DNA of 44,636 bases from a virus (Duplodnaviria > Caudoviricetes): IMG/VR virus record IMGVR_UViG_3300030095_003343, positions 1 through 44,636 of that record. The stretch is one strand, 5' to 3'. Shown in pieces: positions 1 to 6,264 of this stretch. The position numbers and the translations under genes are program-made. Numbering within the stretch: the stretch's first letter is position 1; every line of letters begins with the position of its first letter. The notes below the pieces were generated by a model. That model saw only the letters and a program-made list of their open reading frames with translations. It was not told where the DNA came from and searched no databases.

Positions 1-19
1 AGTTAGTTCAAGTGTTACC

Positions 20-90
20 GAAACCCTTACGGGTTTCATTGTATTGGCATGTTATGCATGCCCGTACATTGAAATGCATAAGCACTTCAA
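20..90 (+). promoter_or_regulatory. Structured intergenic element E0 (overlapping 1:2 / 2:3 / 3:4 hairpins) upstream of ORF 123
   Basis: GAAACCC-TTAC-GGGTTTC (20-37); long stem TTTCA.TGTA..GGCATG / CATGCC..TACA.TGAAA (34-74); TTGAAATGC-ATAA-GCACTTCAA (69-90). Followed by GAGGAACTAACAACATG. Confidence 0.7.
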
Positions 91-122
91 TCAAACTCAA
101 ACCAACGTGAGGAACTAACAAC

Positions 123-371
123 ATGTCTACGAACGATTCTTTCAATGTCGATAGCAACGGAGTCAAGCTTTCCATGTGCGGTGACCATGGAGGCATGGCT
201 GCTGTTAGTCGAGGCGACTTCGACTTCGCCCTTAACATTGGCGATGCGATTCAACACAGCGACTACTACGAGATCAGACTGAACGATGTCTGGTATCGAG
301 CAGTCATTGCGATCTCGCCTAACGCACCGCACGTCAATCACTACGATCCCATCGACCCCGATGAGGACTGA
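123..371 (+). CDS. Hypothetical early protein, 82 aa
   Basis: ATG with GAGG RBS, acidic C-terminus, flanked by structured elements. Confidence 0.75.
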   Translation: MSTNDSFNVDSNGVKLSMCGDHGGMAAVSRGDFDFALNIGDAIQHSDYYEIRLNDVWYRAVIAISPNAPHVNHYDPIDPDED

Positions 372-382
372 CATAGGCTGAC

Positions 383-470
383 TGTTTCAACATAGAGGGC
401 GCACGCCTAACAGCGTGTGCCCTTCATTGTTGATGCATGAAGTATCAACACAACGAGGTTAACTAACATG
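383..470 (+). repeat. Hairpin-RBS repeat family A, copy A1
   Basis: TGTTTCAACATAGAGGGCGCACGC-CTAACA-GCGTGTGCCCTTCATTGTTGATGCA, then TGAAGTATCAACACAACGAGGTTAACTAAC-ATG. Aligns with 824, 2021 and 3340. Confidence 0.9.
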
Positions 471-818
471 AAGAAGATCAACATCGACATCCAGACCGTT
501 GGCGGACGCAAGACCATCGAAGCGTGTCTGCCTAACGTAAAGAGCCGACTCGCTGTGCATCGAACGACCAGCGTGAGTGCTGGCCTAACGAAGGACGATG
601 GATGGACCGTCACTCACATCGCCAGCGGCATCGCTGTGAATCGCAAGATGCGAACCAAAGCGGATGCACTCCGCCTAGCACGAGCCTTCGCAAATGAACC
701 GGAGTGGGATCTGATCGGAGAGAATGGTGACATCTCCAAATTCCCTCGGTCTATTAGGCGAGCGATTCTCGCATTCGCAGAGAACATTAAATACGACCGA
801 CCACTCGTTAGGTTCTAA
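468..818 (+). CDS. Hypothetical early protein, 116 aa
   Basis: ATG at the end of A1 with GAGG RBS; LAVHR...WTVTHIASG motif of a kind common in small phage proteins. Confidence 0.8.
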   Translation: MKKINIDIQTVGGRKTIEACLPNVKSRLAVHRTTSVSAGLTKDDGWTVTHIASGIAVNRKMRTKADALRLARAFANEPEWDLIGENGDISKFPRSIRRAILAFAENIKYDRPLVRF

Positions 819-823
819 CCTAC

Positions 824-911
824 TGTCTCAACATAGAAGGCACACACCTAATAGTCTGTGCCTTTTATTGTTGATGCATAAAGTATCAACGCAACGAGGT
901 GAACTAACATG
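824..911 (+). repeat. Hairpin-RBS repeat family A, copy A2
   Basis: TGTCTCAACATAGAAGGCACA...TGTGCCTTTTATTGTTGATGCATAAAGTATCAACGCAACGAGGTGAACTAAC-ATG. Confidence 0.9.
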
Positions 912-1124
912 AGTATTGATGACCTTACGACCGAAGAGTGCATGACCCTTGACAATGAGACGCTTGAACTTCTCAATAAACATAGCGTGCAGGAGCGACA
1001 AGCTTTCGACTGGCACACGGCACTTGCTATGTGCAGCCAGTACTCAATCGAATCCGCAGATGGCTCCACCTTTAATGAGTATGTCGAGGATGATTTTAAT
1101 AACTCCGACGAACTCTTTCAGTAG
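909..1124 (+). CDS. Small highly acidic early protein, 71 aa
   Basis: ATG at the end of A2; D/E-rich with very few K/R. Confidence 0.75.
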   Translation: MSIDDLTTEECMTLDNETLELLNKHSVQERQAFDWHTALAMCSQYSIESADGSTFNEYVEDDFNNSDELFQ

Positions 1125-1151
1125 ACACCACCACCAACACGGAGAACTAAC

Positions 1152-2009
1152 ATGACTACTCGTAGCATCGACATCGACAACCTTCCGAGCAAAGCATTCG
1201 TAATCAAATCGATACGAGAGCAGTGGCATAACATTGTCGCAACGTCTGGATGCATCTCGGATGCAGAAGGATTCCTACCAGAAAGTACGATCAAGATATT
1301 AGGCGCATCGTACAAAACAGAGAAGAGTCTGAATGAACATGCATTCGAGGATGCGATGGGCAGGCTGTCCGCAGTGGTATACCTAGCACCAGCGGATCTA
1401 TCGGGTCGCGACGTGTGCCCATGCCGGACTAAGGAATGCACGATCCTATGCTTAGGCCGAACGTCTGGGCGCATGGTGATGACTCCTGTTAAGCAGTCGA
1501 TGGTATGGAAAACGGCACTGCGCTTCGGCGCACCGGATCTTTACTTCACGCTGTTATGCATAGAGATCAAAGCCTTGATTAAGAAAGCTAGGAAGCTTGG
1601 CCTAGCACCGAGGGTTAGGCTCGATGGCACATCGGACATCGGAGACGCCGAGAAGCTTTGCGAATTGTTTCCTGACTGCGGCTTCTACGAGTACACAAAG
1701 ATTGCTAGGCGAGCGCACCGCTGGCTCGACAAGCAGCCTAACCTTCGGGTGGCTCTGTCATTCACTGGCTACAACAAGACCGAGTGCATCGAATACATCA
1801 ACCGAGGTGGAGTGGTTGCAGTGGCGACTGACCTAACACGACACGATGCGAAGCCTTCAACTCATTGGGGTATCGATGTGATCGATGGGGACAAGCATGA
1901 CGATGTCAGTGCAGACCCTCGCGGATCTATCCGCATGCTTTCTTGGAAGGGTCCGCGCACCGGGCTTGATGTTGCTGGGGTATTCGCAGAACGAATCAAG
2001 GCTGCATAA
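1152..2009 (+). CDS. GP88-like / radical-SAM-like Cys-cluster phage protein, 285 aa
   Basis: GGAGAACTAAC RBS; motifs YLAPA..SG..VCPCRTKECTILCL, RLDGTSD, FYEYTK, VIDGDKHD, recognised from memory of the GP88-like family. Confidence 0.7.
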   Translation: MTTRSIDIDNLPSKAFVIKSIREQWHNIVATSGCISDAEGFLPESTIKILGASYKTEKSLNEHAFEDAMGRLSAVVYLAPADLSGRDVCPCRTKECTILCLGRTSGRMVMTPVKQSMVWKTALRFGAPDLYFTLLCIEIKALIKKARKLGLAPRVRLDGTSDIGDAEKLCELFPDCGFYEYTKIARRAHRWLDKQPNLRVALSFTGYNKTECIEYINRGGVVAVATDLTRHDAKPSTHWGIDVIDGDKHDDVSADPRGSIRMLSWKGPRTGLDVAGVFAERIKAA

Positions 2010-2020
2010 CAATACATTGA

Positions 2021-2109
2021 TGTGACAACGTAGGAGGCACATGCCGTTAGGCGTGTGCCTCTTATCGTTGGTGCAACGAAGTATCGACGCAACGAGGTGA
2101 ACTAACATG
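2021..2109 (+). repeat. Hairpin-RBS repeat family A, copy A3
   Basis: TGTGACAACGTAGGAGGCACATGCC-GTTA-GGCGTGTGCCTCTTATCGTTGGTGCAACGAAGTATCGACGCAACGAGGTGAACTAAC-ATG; compensatory changes relative to A1/A2. Confidence 0.9.
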
Positions 2110-2349
2110 AAGCTCACATACTGGTACGCAGAATGCCTTAACGATTCAGAATGCTACTCCATCAGGGAGAAGACAAAGAGCGCAGCCATCGCAGAGAAGG
2201 CAAGTCGCCACAACCCTGAAGACTATGGGCCAGTCATCAAGGTGACTGTCGAATACGACAGCGCGTTCAATCTAATGAAGGAGTGCAGCGACGAGTTCAG
2301 TATGCACTGGGAAGCACAGGCAACTCTTGCCATCAACGAGGAGAACTAA
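2107..2349 (+). CDS. Hypothetical early protein, 80 aa
   Basis: ATG at the end of A3. Confidence 0.75.
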   Translation: MKLTYWYAECLNDSECYSIREKTKSAAIAEKASRHNPEDYGPVIKVTVEYDSAFNLMKECSDEFSMHWEAQATLAINEEN

Positions 2350-2350
2350 C

Positions 2351-2764
2351 ATGAGTATCAAACGAGTAGACTTTGAGTACGCACTTAGCAAGGCGATCAG
2401 TGGAGCGATAATTGAGTTCTGCAATAAGAAGAAATGCGACCAGCCTGCAATCGATGCGCTGGTGGATGAGGCATGGCAATGCCTCAATGGAAAATCGCCC
2501 CACGCTTTGCAGCGCAAGCGTCGGGCGATCATCGAATGTGGGCAATCAGTTCACCCAGCGATTGCAGTGGTGAAGGATTACTTGCCCTCCAACTACACCG
2601 CCAAGGAAAGAATCGCTGGCTGGACATTGAGCGGCTACGCGGGAGCGTGCATCGAGATCGAAGGCTACGACATCGCTGGCTGGACACTCGATGACTATGT
2701 CATCCCTCGCCTAGCATCAGGCTTGATAGTTGCGACTGAGGTTTTTGACAATGACGAAGACTGA
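2351..2764 (+). CDS. Hypothetical protein with GYDIAGWTLDDYVIPRLASG C-terminal motif
   Basis: Start moved to ATG 2351 after GAGGAGAACTAAC; internal IAGWTL duplication. Confidence 0.75.
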   Translation: MSIKRVDFEYALSKAISGAIIEFCNKKKCDQPAIDALVDEAWQCLNGKSPHALQRKRRAIIECGQSVHPAIAVVKDYLPSNYTAKERIAGWTLSGYAGACIEIEGYDIAGWTLDDYVIPRLASGLIVATEVFDNDED

Positions 2765-2906
2765 AGCTGAAGCAAAGGCGGAACGCCTCAACGAACATGT
2801 TGGGTTGTTCTGCACCGTGACAAGGATCCTGCCTGTTAGTCAGGATCCAATCGTTCCGGGTGATGAGGGATGGGATGTTCTTGTCTCTGTCACCGTGGCT
2901 GATTAA
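2751..2906 (+). CDS. Small hypothetical protein, 51 aa (not in ORF track)
   Basis: Hand-translated MTKTEAEAKAERLNEHVGLFCTVTRILPVSQDPIVPGDEGWDVLVSVTVAD*; GAGGT RBS at about 2738. Confidence 0.6.
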   Translation: MTKTEAEAKAERLNEHVGLFCTVTRILPVSQDPIVPGDEGWDVLVSVTVAD

Positions 2907-3064
2907 CTAACGGGCTAGCTGATCACTAGTCCACCCACTTCGGAGCGACGGCACTGCTCCTACAAGAGAAAGGATGTTCACTTTGATTGATTCTAGGATT
3001 CGCATTGGCAAGTGCGGATCCCATGAATTTTTCAACTAACGCAGCACCAACGTGGAGAATGAAA

Positions 3065-3331
3065 ATGAATCTGTATCTGATCAAACGCAATGACCCGGCA
3101 GACGAGATCGACTACGACGAGTTCGTAGGTCATGTGATCGCAGCGCGTAACGTGAAGGATGCTAGGCGCTTTGCTGCTGACGAGCAGAGGCTCGACGAGT
3201 CACTGCGACGGACATGGCTCACGTCAAAAGAGGATAGACTTTGTTACCCGTGCTTTTCGACCGCCACTCTACTCGCGTCCGGCGTTGACCTTGAAGAAGG
3301 GATCGTTCTCTCTGACTTCAATGCGGGCTAG
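3065..3331 (+). CDS. Hypothetical early protein (MNLYLIKR...YDEFVGHVIAA...EGIVLSDFNAG)
   Basis: Start moved to ATG 3065 on RBS spacing; resembles a widespread small phage family ending in FNAG. Confidence 0.75.
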   Translation: MNLYLIKRNDPADEIDYDEFVGHVIAARNVKDARRFAADEQRLDESLRRTWLTSKEDRLCYPCFSTATLLASGVDLEEGIVLSDFNAG

Positions 3332-3339
3332 TAGCTAGA

Positions 3340-3406
3340 TGTTTCAACATAGAAGGCACACTCCATTAGGCGTGTGCCTTTTATTGTTGATGCACTTCGT
3401 ATCAAC
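3340..3406 (+). repeat. Hairpin repeat family A, copy A4
   Basis: TGTTTCAACATAGAAGGCACACTCC-ATTA-GGCGTGTGCCTTTTATTGTTGATGCACTTCGTATCAAC. Confidence 0.9.
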
Positions 3407-3432
3407 TAACGCAGCACCAACGTGGAGATAGA

Positions 3433-3792
3433 ATGTACAACTATCGAATGGTCAAAGACGGCAACTCATTCTCTGTCATGGAAGTTTGGTATGACGACTC
3501 GGGCAAGCCGGAAAGCTTTACCCCTGTCCGATTATCAGAACCCATCCATGAAGAACTTCTGAATGTAAAGTGCGAAGGCTGTGCCACTGACAAAGAGAAA
3601 GATGATGCTGCTCGTTTCCAGATCATCAAAGAACTAACAATGATCATAAACGATCTATCGAATGATGCGGCACCACTGATCAACAAGCGACAACAACAGG
3701 ATGTTAGGGTGGGGTCGAGCCCAGAGCAGATGGAAAGGTTAAGACAAGAGTTGTCAAACCAGCAGGGTAGCTGCAAAGGGGATGAATCATGA
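3433..3792 (+). CDS. Hypothetical protein, 119 aa
   Basis: GGAG RBS; N-terminal YNYRMV..EVWYDDSGKP motif; C-terminal peptide homologous to part of the 5276-6196 product. Confidence 0.75.
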   Translation: MYNYRMVKDGNSFSVMEVWYDDSGKPESFTPVRLSEPIHEELLNVKCEGCATDKEKDDAARFQIIKELTMIINDLSNDAAPLINKRQQQDVRVGSSPEQMERLRQELSNQQGSCKGDES

Positions 3793-3878
3793 TCGAATCG
3801 ATCATCACTGTCACTGCGTGCATGGCATTGTCGTATGCCCTCTGCCGCTTGGCTTCCAACAACTTCAAGGGGTATTAG
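3789..3878 (+). CDS. Putative 29-aa hydrophobic peptide
   Basis: ATGA overlap with the upstream stop; MIESIITVTACMALSYALCRLASNNFKGY*; abuts the next ATG. Confidence 0.4.
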   Translation: MIESIITVTACMALSYALCRLASNNFKGY

Positions 3879-4031
3879 ATGCCTGACATCAGAGTCACTG
3901 ACATCTTCAACTTCGTCGATGCGTATGCCAAGGCGGCAGGCGTTAAGATGACCGAAGAGTTGAGAGAGTGTGCCGCGAACGTCGTAGCCCATGACCTCAA
4001 CAAGGCTGGGGTGTACGTCGAACCTAGTTAG
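3879..4031 (+). CDS. Small hypothetical protein, 50 aa (not in ORF track)
   Basis: MPDIRVTDIFNFVDAYAKAAGVKMTEELRECAANVVAHDLNKAGVYVEPS*; AAGGGG RBS; fills the gap before element B1. Confidence 0.6.
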   Translation: MPDIRVTDIFNFVDAYAKAAGVKMTEELRECAANVVAHDLNKAGVYVEPS

Positions 4032-4037
4032 TAGAAC

Positions 4038-4104
4038 GAAGGGCGAACTCCCTTCCATCTATCGGTGTCCATTCATCAGTAGATGGAAAGGCGTTGTGTC
4101 TTTC
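4038..4104 (+). repeat. Structured element family B, copy B1
   Basis: GAAGGG-CGAACT-CCCTTC; long stem TTCCATCTA...TAGATGGAA; GAAAGGC-GTTGT-GTCTTTC. Homologous to 8794-8865. Confidence 0.8.
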
Positions 4105-4132
4105 ACTTAAACAACAAGAGGAACTAGTAATC

Positions 4133-5233
4133 ATGAAACTTTCTACAGATAACCTGAAGCCCCTATTGGAGTGCTCCTTCAGAGCGCAACTTGATCCTGA
4201 CAAGGTCAAGCTTAACAAGCAGCCCATCCTCTGCCTGCATGGCAACCCCGGCGTAGGAAAGACGGGAGTAGTGAAGGCTGTGTCGGACACGCTTGCCGAC
4301 ACGGTCGCGACTAACGAGTTCATCGGTTCGTCATACGGGACCGAGGACTTGGGCATCGGCGTACCTAACGCCGCAACCAAGCTGATCGATCAGTACAGCA
4401 CTGGCATTTTCTTGGGGAAGTTCCCCGGAACCGAGGATGCCGATCTCATCGTGATCTTCTTCGATGAGCTGGACAAGTACAGTGGTGACGTTCAAGCCAT
4501 GCTTCTCTCTCTCATCGAGAGCAGGAAGTTCCATGGCGAACTGATCGATCCTCGAATTGTCTTTGTCTGCGCCATGAACCCTGTCGATGGTGGCGGTGAG
4601 TCGGATCTCATTGCTCCATTGCATGAGCGCCTAACACACATCTCTTGCGAAGTTGACCCCGAAGCTTGGTGTGAGCTTGCAATGCAAAGCAATGTGCATC
4701 CTGCTGTTATCGGGTTCATCCACTGGCAGTGCTGTGGTAGTCACTCCGCTGCGGCGCTCAAGTCCTTGTCGAACTTTGACCCGGACACTTCTGACCTGAA
4801 CACCTCTTCGCCTCGCGCATGGTTCAAGGCGTCCACGTTCATCGAGGATGACTTGCCCCGTCCGCTTCTTCGCGAAGCACTGGCCGGAACTATTGGTGCC
4901 GTTGTCACTGAACAGTTCATGTCCTTCATGGACACATACCTAACAAACCCTCCGCCGACTCTCGATGAGATCATCGAGGATCCTCAGGGTGCAACCCTGC
5001 CTTCTGATCATGCGACTACGTTCGCTGTGATCTCCATGCTCGTTAGTTATGTGGCGAGCAAGGGAAAGCGGGCACGCAACAAGGACGCCATCAAGACGTT
5101 CGTTGTCGATGCCATCGTTGAGTACATCGAGCGGATCCCACATGAGGCTCACCGACTCGTCGCTATGCAGCAGTGCATGAAGGCGAACCCGCTGTTCGCA
5201 GAGAACAAGTCCGACATTCTGGCACGTTGCTAG
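4133..5233 (+). CDS. MoxR-type AAA+ ATPase
   Basis: Walker A GNPGVGKT, Walker B IFFDELD, sensor CAMNP, LHERLTH, SPRAW; ATG 4133 follows GAGG RBS. Confidence 0.9.
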   Translation: MKLSTDNLKPLLECSFRAQLDPDKVKLNKQPILCLHGNPGVGKTGVVKAVSDTLADTVATNEFIGSSYGTEDLGIGVPNAATKLIDQYSTGIFLGKFPGTEDADLIVIFFDELDKYSGDVQAMLLSLIESRKFHGELIDPRIVFVCAMNPVDGGGESDLIAPLHERLTHISCEVDPEAWCELAMQSNVHPAVIGFIHWQCCGSHSAAALKSLSNFDPDTSDLNTSSPRAWFKASTFIEDDLPRPLLREALAGTIGAVVTEQFMSFMDTYLTNPPPTLDEIIEDPQGATLPSDHATTFAVISMLVSYVASKGKRARNKDAIKTFVVDAIVEYIERIPHEAHRLVAMQQCMKANPLFAENKSDILARC

Positions 5234-5275
5234 TTCGTCGAACCCATCTGGACAAAATCAACTAGGAGTACAGAC

Positions 5276-6196
5276 ATGTCCAATACCAGTACTAGGATCA
5301 ACATCGAGGCAGGTAGCCTCCCTGATCGTTTCGTTCTTCGCAGGTTCAAGAGCGGCACGATGAGCGGATGGCGAACCATGAAGGAAGCTGGCCTAACTGT
5401 TGCCGAGGTTCATCAGATCTCTGATGCACGTCGAGCCAAGTCCAGCATCAACATCTTCGCAACGCCTGAACTGGAGGCGACGAAGAAGCACATGAAGCGT
5501 TGTCGGAACTTCTTCGACCACAGCAACATGTCGTGGGGAGACAACTGGCGACTAATCGCCAAGAGTAGGCTTGATCAGCAGTGGGAATGGGAGGACTCGG
5601 TTAAGACCGAGAACATGAACCTGTACCGTCTGGCGATTGAGTCTGTTAGGGATCGCAAGGAGCGAGACCGAATCGAACTGAGTGAGGGCGGGAAGGCCAG
5701 CCTCTACAATCCGGGCCTGTACCCAAGCGAGGAAGTGATGCTGGACTCGTATGTGTTCAGGTTTGAACCCGGCGTTGTCCCTGATCCGTCACGCGATGTT
5801 AGGTCTGGGTCAAGCCATGAGCAGACTGAGCGGTTCCGCAATGAGCTTGCAGACTCTTACAATCGTCAGGCTCGCGATGCCCACAACACGATGCTGAAGC
5901 GCATCATGGAAGAGGCTTCTCACGTCGAAGAACGGTGTGATGGTTACACCGGGAAGAGGGCAGGGTCTTTCAATGACACCCTGATCCCTCGCCTGATCAA
6001 CATTGCTCAGTTGGTTAAGACTAACAACATCTACGAGGATGATGATCTCGACAACCTCTGCTCTCAGGTGATGGATGATTACGCAAACATCACCACCAAA
6101 GATCTCAGAGAGAACGAGGATCTTCGGAGGGAGGCGAGCGGCAAGGCTCGCGACATCAAGGCTGCTCTCAACAAGCTGAAGTCCAGCAAGTACTAG
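5276..6196 (+). CDS. DUF3150-like helical protein of the MoxR-VWA module, 306 aa
   Basis: AGGAG RBS; YPS...PDP..DVR and NI..D.DL...DLREN..LR pattern; position between ATPase and VWA gene. Family call is from memory. Confidence 0.6.
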   Translation: MSNTSTRINIEAGSLPDRFVLRRFKSGTMSGWRTMKEAGLTVAEVHQISDARRAKSSINIFATPELEATKKHMKRCRNFFDHSNMSWGDNWRLIAKSRLDQQWEWEDSVKTENMNLYRLAIESVRDRKERDRIELSEGGKASLYNPGLYPSEEVMLDSYVFRFEPGVVPDPSRDVRSGSSHEQTERFRNELADSYNRQARDAHNTMLKRIMEEASHVEERCDGYTGKRAGSFNDTLIPRLINIAQLVKTNNIYEDDDLDNLCSQVMDDYANITTKDLRENEDLRREASGKARDIKAALNKLKSSKY

Positions 6197-6203
6197 TCTT
6201 GCA

Positions 6204-6240
6204 CTAAGGGGGGAGGGGCGTGGTGCCCCTCCCCTCTTGG
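6204..6240 (+). promoter_or_regulatory. Strong GC-rich intergenic hairpin without U-tract
   Basis: CTAAGGGGGGAGGGGCG-TGG-TGCCCCTCCCCTCTTGG between the DUF3150-like and VWA genes. Confidence 0.55.
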
Positions 6241-6264
6241 GCTTCCGACAACATGGAGAATCAA

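Larger units (their letters stand above)
3032..3428 (+). repeat. Perfect 27-nt direct repeat TCAACTAACGCAGCACCAACGTGGAGA at 3032-3058 and 3402-3428
   Basis: Read directly; each copy ends in the GGAG RBS of the next gene. Confidence 0.9.

Noticed and set aside
383-3406. CRISPR array or CRISPR-repeat mimics (GTTTCAA starts in A1/A4; ATTGAAAT in E0)
   Set aside because: Units are about 65-90 nt, degenerate and separated by whole genes; A2 and A3 lack GTTTCAA; there is no cas operon.
383-3406. Family A elements as intrinsic terminators
   Set aside because: The short T-runs are part of the paired stem and are interrupted in A1 and A3; the elements lead straight into an RBS. Partial termination is not excluded.
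3441-4058. 205-aa minus-strand ORF and other long antisense ORFs (e.g. 6829-7329, 22818-23309, 24339-24893, 31461-32036)
   Set aside because: They are shadows of well-supported genes on the opposite strand, with no recognisable motifs.
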